Shown: positions 41,082 to 51,748, counted from the first letter of the stretch. The stretch is DNA of 64,000 nt from Candidatus Bathyarchaeota archaeon (GCA_963739305.1 CAVTZU010000023.1:1-64000), one strand, 5' to 3'. Notes: generated from the sequence alone by a model not told the origin. Numbers and translations: made by a program.

Positions 41082-41587
41082 ATGTGGAACAACGTCAAGA
41101 AATACTTCGAAGGACACCCTGAACGAATCCAAGTTTCACGGATCTTGATAGAAAACGGATTAGGCGTAAGAAAGGGCAGAATCTACCTCAACGAAATCGA
41201 GATTCCCCCTGTTCGTGTCGCGCGAGCCGCCGGGGTAGACCGGAGAACAGTCAAGGAAACTTTGAACGCGATAGAATCCAACCGAGAACTCCGCGAAATA
41301 TTCGACGGAATAAGGTCAGCGGGACATTCGTTGAGGGAAATTGCGAAGCCCTTGGGGCTAGGAGTGGTTGAAATAACGCCTGTCGACGCGAAAATCCCCG
41401 GGATACTGGCATACTCGGCGCTGATTTTGGCCAAGAATGGCTTAAGCATAAGACAAGCAATCGTGGATGATCCGGAGCTTTCACCCGAGCCGAAATTGAC
41501 GCTTGATTGCCGAGAAGAAAGATTCCTGGAGAATTGATTCCAGAACTGCTTAACGTGAAAGGAGTAGCCAAGGTTTCCGTATACTAG
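41082..41587 (+). CDS. HTH+ACT predicted amino-acid metabolism regulator (COG2150-like); frameshifts near 41505-41520
   Basis: VARAAGVDRRTV HTH; PGILA...ISIRQ-like ACT; DDPEL; continuation IPGELIPELLNVKGV. Confidence 0.85.
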
Positions 41588-41727
41588 TGAGTGAGCGTCT
41601 GTAACTCGCTCGACCAGTTAGAATTGGCCATTAGAACGCCATGTTCTTGACAGAAAAGATAATAGCTTCCACTAAGCCCGAATTAGAATCAGAACGTTCC
41701 CATGACAAAATTATGGATGGCTGACTC

Positions 41728-43728
41728 ATGGCAAGAATAGGCGTCTACGTCTGCCACTGTGGCCTCAACATCGCCGGGGTCGTTGATGTTGAGAAAGTGG
41801 CCGAGTACGCGAAAACCTTGCCAAACGTTGTAGCAGCCAAGCATTATACTTACATGTGTTCCGAACCAGGTCAACGATTGATTCAAGACGACATCAAAGC
41901 GCACAAACTGGACAGGGTGGTTATTGCAACCTGTTCTCCGCGCATGCATGAAGAAACCTTCCGCAGAGCCGTCGCAGAAGCCGGGCTTAACCCTTACTTG
42001 ACGGAAATCGTGAACCTGCGAGAACACGTCTCATGGGCGCACATGCATGAACCTGAGAAGGCCACGGAAAAAGCTAAGGCACTCGTTAGGATGGGCGTTG
42101 CCCGCGCAACAATGCTTGAACCTCTGGAGAAACGCAAGGTAAGCGTCGAAAAGAACGTACTGGTCGTCGGCGGTGGAATCGCGGGCATCCAAGCATCATT
42201 AGATCTAGCCAACGCCGGTTTCAAAGTGTACGTCGTTGAAAAGGCACCCAGCATCGGAGGCCGAATGTCCCAACTAGACAAAACGTTTCCAACCCTTGAC
42301 TGCAGCGCTTGCATTCTCACGCCGAAAATGGTCGACGTGGCAAAAAACAGGAACATCACGCTTCTGACGAACGCGGAAGTCACCGGCGTGAGCGGATTCG
42401 TAGGGAACTACGAGGTTTCAATACTGAAGAACCCGCGGTACGTCGATGAAAAGAAGTGCGTCGGCTGCGAACTGTGCACGAAAGTTTGCCCAGTGAAGAT
42501 TCCGGACAAATTCAACGAGAACCTCACCGAGAAAAAAGCCATCTACATTTATTCGGCGCATGCAGTGCCCAACATCGCGATAATCAGTCCTCAGAACTGT
42601 TTGAGGCTGAAGCTTGACAAAGAAGTCTGCGGCAAATGCCAAGCTGCCTGCGAAGCCAAAGCCATAGACTTCAAGCAGAAACCAGTAACAATGAAGGTGA
42701 AGGTCGGCGGAATAGTCATCGCTGTAGGCTCAGAGGTTTTTGACGCGACACGAATCGCTGAACTAGGGTATGGAAGGTTCAAAAACGTTATTTCAAACAT
42801 AGAGTTTGAGAGAATATCTGACGCGTCCGGACCGACGGGCGGAAAAATCCAGAGTCCCAAAGACGGAAAGACCCCAAAAACCATAGCCTTCATCCAGTGC
42901 GTCGGCTCTCGTGACAAACGTTTTCATGAATACTGCTGCCGCGTCGGATGCATGGTAACGCTCAAACAAGCGATCTTAGCGCGCGAAAAGATACACGACG
43001 ACATAAGAATCTACGTTTGTTACATCGATCTGCGAGCCTTCGGCAAAGGCTACGACGAATTCTACAGCCGCGCAAGAGACATGGACATCGACTTCATCGC
43101 GGCAGTACCGTCAGAAATCCATCAGGCAGCAGACGGTTCACTCTACTTCGACGTTTACGACAAGAACACAAACAAGCTGCTACAGGTCCATGCAGACATG
43201 GTCGTACTTGGAACAGGACTCGTTCCAAACAGTGACCTCCAGAAAATCAGCGCATTGTTTCACGCTTCAAGAAGCACAGACGGCTTCCTGCTAGAAGCAC
43301 ACCCCAAGTTGAGACCGCTTGAGAGCGCGATGGCAGGGGTATTCCTGGCAGGCGCTTGTCAGGGACCCAAAGACATTCCCGACACAGTGGCGCAGGCAAG
43401 CGGAGCAGCCGCGAAAGCTATAGATCTGCTTTCCAGCGGAGAAATCGAGCTTGAACCCTTGAAAGCCGTGGTGGACAAGGACCTCTGCAGTGGATGTAGA
43501 ATTTGCGAATCGATATGCCCGTTCATCGCGATCGAGATGAAGACTGAAAAAGTCAAAGGCGAAGAAAAGGTCAGAGCGGAAGTCATCGAAGCGATGTGCC
43601 AAGGATGCGGCGTCTGCAGTTCAGCATGCCCCACGAGCGCCATCAAGATCCAGCAGTTCAACAATAAACAGATACTCACCCAGGTTGAAGCCGGACTAGC
43701 CGAGGCTTGTGCTCAAGGAGGAAAATGA
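41728..43728 (+). CDS. hdrA: Heterodisulfide reductase subunit A
   Basis: VYVCHCG, CSPRMHE, GGGIAG, LDKTFPTLDCSAC, QCVGSRD, ferredoxin motifs. Confidence 0.97.
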   Translation: MARIGVYVCHCGLNIAGVVDVEKVAEYAKTLPNVVAAKHYTYMCSEPGQRLIQDDIKAHKLDRVVIATCSPRMHEETFRRAVAEAGLNPYLTEIVNLREHVSWAHMHEPEKATEKAKALVRMGVARATMLEPLEKRKVSVEKNVLVVGGGIAGIQASLDLANAGFKVYVVEKAPSIGGRMSQLDKTFPTLDCSACILTPKMVDVAKNRNITLLTNAEVTGVSGFVGNYEVSILKNPRYVDEKKCVGCELCTKVCPVKIPDKFNENLTEKKAIYIYSAHAVPNIAIISPQNCLRLKLDKEVCGKCQAACEAKAIDFKQKPVTMKVKVGGIVIAVGSEVFDATRIAELGYGRFKNVISNIEFERISDASGPTGGKIQSPKDGKTPKTIAFIQCVGSRDKRFHEYCCRVGCMVTLKQAILAREKIHDDIRIYVCYIDLRAFGKGYDEFYSRARDMDIDFIAAVPSEIHQAADGSLYFDVYDKNTNKLLQVHADMVVLGTGLVPNSDLQKISALFHASRSTDGFLLEAHPKLRPLESAMAGVFLAGACQGPKDIPDTVAQASGAAAKAIDLLSSGEIELEPLKAVVDKDLCSGCRICESICPFIAIEMKTEKVKGEEKVRAEVIEAMCQGCGVCSSACPTSAIKIQQFNNKQILTQVEAGLAEACAQGGK

Positions 43729-43732
43729 GTTG

Positions 43733-44239
43733 AGCCTCATTGATTTGATGTCGATGGCCAAGCCTAACAAGCCGTCGCGAGACAAGATCATCTCGAAGCT
43801 GAAAGGAAGAGAACTTGTCAACTGCTTCCAGTGCATGAGATGCACGAGCGGCTGCACGGCGCTGAAACTCCTTGAGCTGAAACCAAATGAAGTCGTAAAG
43901 CTTGTCAACTTGGGCTTCGTTGACGAGTTACCGTCCTCGGACATAATCTGGACCTGTGTAACCTGCCTGAAATGCGTCGAGAGATGCCCGCAAAAAGCGT
44001 CACCGTACCACGTTATCATGGCTTTGAGAAACATCGCCGTTGAGAAGGAAGCGAAAATCCCTGAAGGATACCTCAAAGCTGTTTCACAGATACTGGAAAC
44101 TGGTCTAGCAGAACCGCCTCAAAAAATCGTTACCAGAAAAATGGAAACCTTCGATCGAGAATGCTTGAATCTCCCAAAGATTAAACTTCCAAAAGAGAGC
44201 TTCCAAGTCGTTCTAATGAAGGCGATGGAGGAGAAATAG
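43733..44239 (+). CDS. hdrC: Heterodisulfide reductase subunit C
   Basis: CFQCMRCTSGC, WTCVTCLKCVERCP. Confidence 0.93.
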   Translation, partial: SLIDLMSMAKPNKPSRDKIISKLKGRELVNCFQCMRCTSGCTALKLLELKPNEVVKLVNLGFVDELPSSDIIWTCVTCLKCVERCPQKASPYHVIMALRNIAVEKEAKIPEGYLKAVSQILETGLAEPPQKIVTRKMETFDRECLNLPKIKLPKESFQVVLMKAMEEK

Positions 44240-44240
44240 G

Positions 44241-45116
44241 ATGAAGGTCGCCGTTTTCTGGGGCTGCTGCATTCAAGCAAACCAGTATGCTTATGAAATG
44301 TCACTTCGGGAAACTCTTCCCAAGTTCGGTGTCGAATTAGTTGACCTTAGGGAAACCTTTTGCTGCGGCGATCCAGTCAAGAGCATGAACGAGTTTGCTG
44401 CAACCTTCCTAGCCGCCAGAATTCTCGCTTTGGCAAGATTGACGGGTCTCGAAAACCTGCTTGTTCCATGCAACCGCTGCCACTTCACGATATCTGAAGC
44501 GCAAGACACGATCAGAAGAAGCCCACAGATAGCTGGCAAAGTCCGTGAGCTGCTGAAAGAGGAGGGTCTAGAATATGCCGGCGATGTCAAGATTTGGCAC
44601 ACGATCGATTTCTTGCACGACTTCGTGGGACTTGAAAAAGTCAAAAAGGCGGTCACGATGCCTCTGAAGGGCTTGAAGATTGCTTCTCACGTTGGCTGTC
44701 AGATAATACGTTATAGCGATCTTGGAAGGGTTGATGAAGCAGAGAACCCTAGAAAGTTCGACGAGCTCTTAACCGTCTTGGGCGCTGAAACAGTGGATTA
44801 TCCGGAGAAACTCGACTGCTGTGGAGCCGCATTGAATCGCAGTCATCCTGACAGCGCGCTTTCACTCGCAGGATCCAAGCTCAAAGCAGTGCAGAGCCTG
44901 AACGTGGGAGGAATGGCTGTGTCCTGTCCAGACTGTCAGCTCATGTTTGATTCGAGGCAGAAGGACGCTGGAACAACGGTAGGAGCGAAGCTCAACGTCC
45001 CCGTGGTCTACTACACTCAGCTGCTCGGGCTTGCCTTAGGCATTGACCAGAAAAAGCTCGGCCTGCACTTGAACCAGAGCCCTGCCGAAGAACTCGTTGC
45101 AAAGATTCAATGCTAA
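44241..45116 (+). CDS. hdrB: Heterodisulfide reductase subunit B
   Basis: Two CCG domains (FCCG, DCCG, CPDC), YYTQLLG. Confidence 0.95.
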   Translation: MKVAVFWGCCIQANQYAYEMSLRETLPKFGVELVDLRETFCCGDPVKSMNEFAATFLAARILALARLTGLENLLVPCNRCHFTISEAQDTIRRSPQIAGKVRELLKEEGLEYAGDVKIWHTIDFLHDFVGLEKVKKAVTMPLKGLKIASHVGCQIIRYSDLGRVDEAENPRKFDELLTVLGAETVDYPEKLDCCGAALNRSHPDSALSLAGSKLKAVQSLNVGGMAVSCPDCQLMFDSRQKDAGTTVGAKLNVPVVYYTQLLGLALGIDQKKLGLHLNQSPAEELVAKIQC

Positions 45117-45132
45117 TTTTCCTGAAGGAGAC

Positions 45133-45885
45133 TTAATTTTCTCGCCATTTGGATTTTATGGAAGTCAACGCTATGAAAGCCAGAGTCATCGTTATGAGGA
45201 TCGCCCATCGGACGACAACGGTCTCCAGTGGAAGCGGCAGCAGTCCCATGTAGTACCTGATAAGGCCTGCCACGTTTGACGTTGGAACGGCAACTGATAC
45301 CCAGCTGAGGCTTCCCAGCTGGGCTTCGCTAAAGTAAACGGGTGGAATGAAGATGAACCCTATCCCTAGCAAGTTTGACAGGTTATTCAGCACCATTTGG
45401 CTTGACTTGAAGAGATACGTTGATATCATGAAGCCCATCGTGCTCATCGTCGCCCAAACAATGATGAGCGATGGAATAACCCACATCAAAGTCTGAAGCG
45501 TCAGGAACCCCAGATAGGCCGTTATTGCTCCGAAGAAAATCAAGCTTGGAATAGAAAGCATCAGGGGCGCCAAAGCTATCCCAAGAGCATATGAAGCAGG
45601 ATGCACAGGCATCGCCACAATCATCTCACGTATCTTCACGTACCTGTCCCATGAAATATCTTGAATGCCCGACATCACTCCAGCGAAGGAGACGCTCGCA
45701 ACCATGGCGCCAATCAGTCCGTGAAGAATCACGTTTCCTCCACTGCTGAACATCAGCATGAAGAAAAGTGGAATAGCGCTTATCATAGCCAGCAGTATCA
45801 GCATCAGCGGGTTCCTTCGAAAGTCCGGGTACGACTTTATCCATGCGATAATGAACGTGTCTTTAACGACTTTACTGATTCCCAT
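45133..45885 (-). CDS. ABC-2 type permease
   Basis: About 6 TM segments, PPVYF; overlaps the ATPase gene. Confidence 0.85.
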   Translation of the reverse strand: MGISKVVKDTFIIAWIKSYPDFRRNPLMLILLAMISAIPLFFMLMFSSGGNVILHGLIGAMVASVSFAGVMSGIQDISWDRYVKIREMIVAMPVHPASYALGIALAPLMLSIPSLIFFGAITAYLGFLTLQTLMWVIPSLIIVWATMSTMGFMISTYLFKSSQMVLNNLSNLLGIGFIFIPPVYFSEAQLGSLSWVSVAVPTSNVAGLIRYYMGLLPLPLETVVVRWAILITMTLAFIALTSIKSKWREN

Positions 45886-46849
45886 TGTTGTTCAAACCTC
45901 CAACAAGTTTGATGAAAACATCCTCAAGCGTGACAGGAGAAGCTTCGGCACGCAAATTCATCTTTAAACTCGCTTTCAACAGATCAATCGCTTCGTCTTG
46001 GCTCTTCACGTAGACGATGTTCCGGTCCCCCAATTTTGCAACTTCGCCAAAACTTGAAAGCTGCGTGAATTCGCCGTTGACCACGACCCTGAATCTCTCT
46101 TGCACTAGTTCCTTGATTTCTTCAGGCGTGCCACACGCAACGACACTACCCTTATTGACGATAGCCAACCTGTCAGAAACCATCTCAGCTTCCTCCATCA
46201 TGTGCGTCGTCAACAATATCGTCTTTCCATCCTTCACCAGATCTCTCAGCGCAGACCAAACTCCACGTCTCGCCACTGCGTCTAACCCACTCGTGGGTTC
46301 ATCAAGCATAAGGACGTCCGCATTCGACGACAAGACAGATGCAATAATCGCTCTCCTCCTCTCCCCGCCAGACAAGGTTTGGCACATGCGGTTTCTAAGC
46401 TCCCACAAATCAACCGTCTTCAAAGCTGCCTCAGCCTTCAGCTTGGCGTCCGCGGAGGATATACCCCTTAAACGGGCAAAATAATACCCGTATTCCCACG
46501 GCGTGAAATTGTTGTAGGTCGCAACGTCCTGGGGAACGACAGCAATGTGCTTCCGAACTTCCTCCGCCTCGGTTACAACACTGTGACCAAAGATCATTGC
46601 GTCGCCGCCACTCGGAAAAAGTTGAGTGGAGATGATGCGCAGAAAAGTCGTCTTGCCCGCCCCGTTCGGGCCCAATAACGTGAAGAGTTCACCTTTGCCA
46701 ACATCTATGTTCACGCCTTTCAAAGCCTCAATTGCCTCTCTGCTATGGTACGTCTTGCACAAGCCCATCGACTTCACGGCAACAGCGTCCAATGTCGTCA
46801 CTGCCTTCGATCTAACTGAAAGTAGCCGTCTTTTTAAAGCCCAACGCAC
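45872..46849 (-). CDS. ABC transporter ATP-binding protein
   Basis: GPNGAGKT, LSGGE, LDEPT, TTH. Confidence 0.95.
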   Translation of the reverse strand: MRWALKRRLLSVRSKAVTTLDAVAVKSMGLCKTYHSREAIEALKGVNIDVGKGELFTLLGPNGAGKTTFLRIISTQLFPSGGDAMIFGHSVVTEAEEVRKHIAVVPQDVATYNNFTPWEYGYYFARLRGISSADAKLKAEAALKTVDLWELRNRMCQTLSGGERRRAIIASVLSSNADVLMLDEPTSGLDAVARRGVWSALRDLVKDGKTILLTTHMMEEAEMVSDRLAIVNKGSVVACGTPEEIKELVQERFRVVVNGEFTQLSSFGEVAKLGDRNIVYVKSQDEAIDLLKASLKMNLRAEASPVTLEDVFIKLVGGLNNNGNQ

Positions 46850-46944
46850 GAGGAATAATCACAGATTGTGACTAGGGCATGCTCAAAGTAAATCGAATAG
46901 AAGAGAAAAAAGACAAAAAAGGGAAAACTGGAGGTATCCAGACT

Positions 46945-48093
46945 CTAGGATGAAGCCGTAACGTTGAAAGTCTGAAAGCCTTCACCCATCAGCCTAATGG
47001 TGTACGTGTCGTTAGCAATCGGAGTCACAACTATTGGCGGACCCTTCATGCAGTCTTTATCGGGATGTAGCGCGATGACGCCGCTGAAAGTCAACGTAGC
47101 ATTTTGCCCAGGCGCCAGAGTCAATGCAGAAACTTCCGTGCCCGCATTATCCTTATCTTTATACGCGTCTCCGAGAAGCGGAATCAGAGATGAACCGTTC
47201 ACTCTGAAGGGAAGCGTGTCCGGATGAATCCTTTCAACGATCTCTTCATCTATCATCTCACCCCGCATATTCTTAGTCTCCCAATCCTGTGTTGCGTTGA
47301 ATTCACCGTGAAGCGTCAGCCCGAATATCCTGAAAGTAATGTTACCCGCGTTCGTCAGAGTAACCGAAAGACCAGTGACATTGCCGTTCACCGAAAGCGA
47401 AGCCGAAACGATCGTTACGTTGTTCAAAAACTTCTCGACCACACGCACGAGCTTTTCTCTGTTGTCCTGTCCCAGTTCAACAATGGTTCCAACCTTGATC
47501 TGATCTCGGGTCAAGCTAGTTACAACCGTAGCAATCGCACTTGGAACCAACACGTAGTAGTTCACCAAAGTTCCGTTGGAGTCAGTTGCTTGTATCTGCA
47601 CCAGCGTTGGATTGAAGTCTACCAGCACGCCGGAAAGTGTCTGATTTACCTGAGCGTTCGCCACCGACACCACCAAAGTGTTCGACAAAGCAGTCACAGG
47701 ATACACGGTTCCGTTAACTTTAGCTTCAACGTCAGCGATTGAAAACTGAATCTTGTCCACCGTTGAACCACTCGGAATCGTCGTAGAAGCAATGGTCTGA
47801 CTCATGTTGACTAACGAGAACAGATTAACCGTCCCGGAAGCGTTGACAGGAAGCCAATCTGAAGTTCCATTTGGATAAGCCACGTGAAGCGAAACGTTAG
47901 AGTACGTCAGATTAAGCACTGTAGTCCCAGCAGGCACCGTCGGAGGATCAGTTAACATCACAAGAAAAGACGCTCCAGCAGAAGTCTGATTAGGCGTGAA
48001 AGACAATGGGTTAGCAAACAAGACGACACCAATAACAACAATCGCCATTAGCACTGCGGCCAAACCGTACTTTAAAGTCCATTTTCCTGGCAT
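46945..48093 (-). CDS. DUF4382-like membrane-anchored surface protein
   Basis: N-terminal TM, VMLTDPP, many N-x-S/T sequons. Confidence 0.75.
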   Translation of the reverse strand: MPGKWTLKYGLAAVLMAIVVIGVVLFANPLSFTPNQTSAGASFLVMLTDPPTVPAGTTVLNLTYSNVSLHVAYPNGTSDWLPVNASGTVNLFSLVNMSQTIASTTIPSGSTVDKIQFSIADVEAKVNGTVYPVTALSNTLVVSVANAQVNQTLSGVLVDFNPTLVQIQATDSNGTLVNYYVLVPSAIATVVTSLTRDQIKVGTIVELGQDNREKLVRVVEKFLNNVTIVSASLSVNGNVTGLSVTLTNAGNITFRIFGLTLHGEFNATQDWETKNMRGEMIDEEIVERIHPDTLPFRVNGSSLIPLLGDAYKDKDNAGTEVSALTLAPGQNATLTFSGVIALHPDKDCMKGPPIVVTPIANDTYTIRLMGEGFQTFNVTASS

Positions 48094-48145
48094 TCTTATT
48101 CTCCTCTGCGCCTTTAAGGGCAGGAAAAGATAAAAACCTACATTT

Positions 48146-48183
48146 TTGAAAGCTCTTTCAACATCGTTGAACAAAGCTTTCAA
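48146..48183. promoter_or_regulatory. Nested palindromic operator upstream of the DUF4382-like gene
   Basis: TTGAAAGCT-CT-TTCAAC-ATC-GTTGAA-CAA-AGCTTTCAA. Confidence 0.6.
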
Positions 48184-48222
48184 CAACCTTTAATGATGCT
48201 TTCGGCACGCTCTGCTCCATGG

Positions 48223-48642
48223 TCAGACGGACAGTCTGCGCCAGAGTCTCAACGTCTCGTACCAGAACACAAGAACCATTGCTGCGCAAAGAGCTACCAA
48301 GTACAATACGAAGCCCTGCGCGTACAGTGCCTCAAACGAGAAGAACGCCGCGAGAATAGTGAAGAGCAACGCGAAGAAGAATAGTTGCGGCACGATCGCG
48401 GGCCCCATCTTCGAGTAACCCTCAAGAATCTTGTCCGATGTCTCCTTAACTGCGAAATACCTTCCATGCTCGTCCTGCATCACGAAGCCCGCCTCCGAAA
48501 GCTTTCCAAGATGATAAGAAGCAAGAGAAGGCGAAGATAAGCCGACCCCATGCTGAACATCCCTAAGCTCAGAAGGACCATGCCTCAGCAAGTACAAGTA
48601 GACTTTCAGCGCGTTACCCCTAACTTCCTGACTGACAGACAT
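48223..48642 (-). CDS. wHTH regulator with two C-terminal TM helices
   Basis: LKVYLYLL, GLSSPSLASYHLGKL, TM tail. Confidence 0.85.
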   Translation of the reverse strand: MSVSQEVRGNALKVYLYLLRHGPSELRDVQHGVGLSSPSLASYHLGKLSEAGFVMQDEHGRYFAVKETSDKILEGYSKMGPAIVPQLFFFALLFTILAAFFSFEALYAQGFVLYLVALCAAMVLVFWYETLRLWRRLSV

Positions 48643-48699
48643 TGTGGGTCACAAATGAACAACAACAACCTTTTAACGCTTATGACTGCTAGTTCAGAA

Positions 48700-49674
48700 C
48701 TACTGAAGCAGTTTGTTCAGCGCATCCTTCAACGCAGGCACTACTTCATAGAGGTTGCCTACAACGCAGTAGTCAGCAACTTCAAAGATCGGTGCTTCAG
48801 GGTCCTTGTTGATAGCCACAATAACCTTTGAGTCTCGTATTCCAGCCACGTGTTGAATCACGCCGGACACACCGATGGCGATGTACAATTTAGGCTTGAC
48901 TTTGTGACCGGACAAGCCGATCCAATCCGCAAACCATTTGCGATCCTCAACTAACGGACGCGAACTGCCAACTTGGCCGCCGAGAACCTTAGCAAGGTCT
49001 TCAATCAGCACAACATCGTCCTTTTTCTCCAAACCTCTTCCGATGGTTACTATGTACTGTGCGTCCTCTATTCTGACGTTTGAGGTTGCAAGCGGTTTTC
49101 TTTCAACGACCTCAGTCTTGGGCTGCTCAACTTCAAAGTCAACTTTCACTACCTGCCCGCTTCGATCCTTGCTCTCAGGTTTTTCAAAAGAGCGTGAAGG
49201 CACGGTTGCAATCTGTGGTTTAGACTTGAACGTTACTTTGGCAATGGCGTTTCCACCGTATGTCATGCGTTCCCCGATCAGCCTTCTATTCTCATCAACG
49301 CTCAGTCTTGTGCAGTCAGGAACGCAGCCTGTTTCTAGTCGTGTTGCAAGCCTTGCAGCAAGAGGCCTACCATTTCTCGTCGACCCGACTATCAGGATTT
49401 CAGGACGATGAGTTGTGGCAAGGTTTTGAATGATGCTCAAGTATGCTTCGGGTTGAAAACGCTCCAAACCCGGATTCTCAGCCAAGTACACTTTGTCTGC
49501 GCCGTACTTCACAAGCTCGTTTGCTTTGTCTTGCATATTGTTTCCGATTACAATCGCTGCAAGCTCCGTTTGTAACTTGTCAGCCAGCTCTCTTCCTTTT
49601 CCAACTAGTTCCGCAGCCAAATCATTAGATTCAGAGAAGACCCAGATACCCCTGTGCTCGCTCATGCTGCTCAC
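48700..49674 (-). CDS. etfA: Electron transfer flavoprotein alpha
   Basis: GSSRP, IGLSG..VKP.LY, GVSGVIQH, AINKD. Confidence 0.95.
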   Translation of the reverse strand: MSSMSEHRGIWVFSESNDLAAELVGKGRELADKLQTELAAIVIGNNMQDKANELVKYGADKVYLAENPGLERFQPEAYLSIIQNLATTHRPEILIVGSTRNGRPLAARLATRLETGCVPDCTRLSVDENRRLIGERMTYGGNAIAKVTFKSKPQIATVPSRSFEKPESKDRSGQVVKVDFEVEQPKTEVVERKPLATSNVRIEDAQYIVTIGRGLEKKDDVVLIEDLAKVLGGQVGSSRPLVEDRKWFADWIGLSGHKVKPKLYIAIGVSGVIQHVAGIRDSKVIVAINKDPEAPIFEVADYCVVGNLYEVVPALKDALNKLLQ

Positions 49675-50460
49675 CTTCCAACCACGCCTTCTTGGACCAA
49701 CGCCTTAGCCAGTTTTTCCGCGATTTCCTGCACGTTTTCGCCAGTGATCTTGATCCTCTTCCTCTCCATCTTAGGAGCCAAAGCCTCCAAAACCTCGATC
49801 TTCGAAGCGATTTTGTCGACTGGAACGTTCAAGTCTTTCAGAGACCACGTGACTATCTCTTTCTTCGAAGCCTTCATGATATTCATAAGCGACGGTATCC
49901 TCGGCGTGTTAATTTCCCGAGTGACAGACACGACCACCGGCATCTTCGCTTTCACAGACTCAACCGCATCTTCAAGGGACCTTTCAGCCACTATTGAGTC
50001 GCCTTCCACCGTGACTTTGCTGACCGAAGTCACCTGGGGCAGGTTAAGCAACTCAGCCATTCTCGGACCGACCAATCCAGAGAAACTGTCGAGAGACGTG
50101 TCGCCGCAGAGAACCAGATCGAACTCACCGATTTTCTTCGCCATCTCAGCAAGAACATAAGCTGTCCCTGAAGTGTCTGCTCCCTGAAAAGCAGGATCGT
50201 TGACGCAGAAGGCTTTGTCGGCGCCGATCGCGAGTCCTTCTCTTAAAACTGCCTTCGCGTCCTCAGAACCAGCTGTCAAAGTGAAAACTTCAACGTCCAG
50301 CAGTCTTTTCCTTTATTCTAATGGCTTCTTCTAGCGCGTTCTTGTCAAAATCGCTCATTTTCCTAGGCGCGCCTGCCGTGATCAACTGTCGCGTTGCTGG
50401 ATCAACTTTCAACTGGGAAACATCGACTGCTTGTTTGAGGCAAACGAGTATGCGTTTCAA
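49671..50460 (-). CDS. etfB: Electron transfer flavoprotein beta (frameshift near 50300)
   Basis: ILVCLKQAVD, FDKNALEEA, then GADKA, DSFSGLVG, NTPRIP. Confidence 0.92.
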
Positions 50461-50574
50461 ATTCTTTCACCAACACCCAAACTGACTGGAGAAACGAACG
50501 TTGGAATCTGCAATATTAAAACTTTCGCCCCCTTTGTGAAAAATGTGAAAGACACAAGAAACGCCTAAATAAGT

Positions 50575-51747
50575 ATGATCAATAAGCAACCTGAATGGTC
50601 AGAAGAGGAGAACAGAATGTTGAAACCGGGCACGTACTTTTGGTCAGGAAACGAAGCATGCGTTGAGGCGGCAATAATCGCTGGCTGCAGATTCTTCGCT
50701 GGATATCCAATCTCGCCTTCAAACGAAATACCCGAAAACCTCTCCGAACGCCTGCCGCAAGTCGACGGTTTCTTCATGCAGATGGAAGACGAACTTTCCT
50801 CGATAGGCGCTATAATGGGCGGAAGTTGGGCCGGAAAGAAAGCGATGACAGCCACCTCCGGACCGGGTTTCAGCCTGATGCAAGAAACAATTGGCTGGGG
50901 CTTCATGACGGAAACGCCCTGCGTGATAGTCGACGTCCAGAGAGCAGGGCCGGGCACGGGTCAAGCAACGAAGTGTGCACAAGGAGACGTCATGCAAGCG
51001 CGATGGGGAACTCACGGAGATTACTCAGCAATTGCACTTTCACCCAACTCTGTTCAAGAGATGTTTGAGCTCACCATAAGAGCCTTCAACCTGGCAGAGA
51101 AATACCGAACCCCCGTCATATTATTGGCTGACGAAACAGTGGGGCACGTAAGAGAAAAGATCACCGTGCCTCCTATTGAACAGATCGAGATAATTGACCG
51201 CAAGAAACCGAAACCTGGCGACACAGCCTTTTTCGGGTTAGAAGAAGTTGCTCCCATGCCCGCGGTTGGCGAAGGTTTCAATGTTGCTGTGACAGCTTCG
51301 ACCCACGATGAATACGGCGTCAGGTTCACTCAAGATGCTCAGGTTCACAGCAGAATCGTCCGCAGACTCAACGCGAAGATAAACAATCACGTCGACGACA
51401 TAGTAGAAGTGGAAAACCACAACGTCGACAACTGCAAAATAGGCATAGTCTCATACGGCTGCACGTCCCGCGCTGTCTATGAGGCCGTCGAACGAGCAGA
51501 ATCCGACGGAATCAGCATCGGTCACGTAAGGCTCAAGACAATCTGGCCCTTTGCAGATAAGCAGGTCGCGCGACTCGCCAAAAGCGCTGAAAGAATCATA
51601 GTTCCCGAGATGAACCTCGGCCAAGTCTATCATGAAGTGCAAAGAGTGGCGTGCAAGTCAAAAGTTATACCTCTGAACAAGATCGGAGGCGGAGAACTAA
51701 TCACTCCTGAGGAAGTGCTCGCAAAAATTGCTGAAGGAGGAAACTAG
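50575..51747 (+). CDS. korA: 2-oxoacid:ferredoxin oxidoreductase alpha
   Basis: AGYPISPS, QMEDE, ATSGPGFSLM, VQRAGP. Confidence 0.92.
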   Translation: MINKQPEWSEEENRMLKPGTYFWSGNEACVEAAIIAGCRFFAGYPISPSNEIPENLSERLPQVDGFFMQMEDELSSIGAIMGGSWAGKKAMTATSGPGFSLMQETIGWGFMTETPCVIVDVQRAGPGTGQATKCAQGDVMQARWGTHGDYSAIALSPNSVQEMFELTIRAFNLAEKYRTPVILLADETVGHVREKITVPPIEQIEIIDRKKPKPGDTAFFGLEEVAPMPAVGEGFNVAVTASTHDEYGVRFTQDAQVHSRIVRRLNAKINNHVDDIVEVENHNVDNCKIGIVSYGCTSRAVYEAVERAESDGISIGHVRLKTIWPFADKQVARLAKSAERIIVPEMNLGQVYHEVQRVACKSKVIPLNKIGGGELITPEEVLAKIAEGGN

Positions 51748-51748
51748 A

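Noticed and set aside
41728-43728. Selenocysteine recoding in HdrA
   Set aside because: The ORF is uninterrupted, with Cys at the motif positions
46859-46871. TCACAGATTGTGA palindrome upstream of the ABC ATPase
   Set aside because: A single short copy that could arise by chance
50515-50533. TAAAACTTTCGCCCCC resembling the palindrome family
   Set aside because: No left arm; better explained as the BRE/TATA region of etfB
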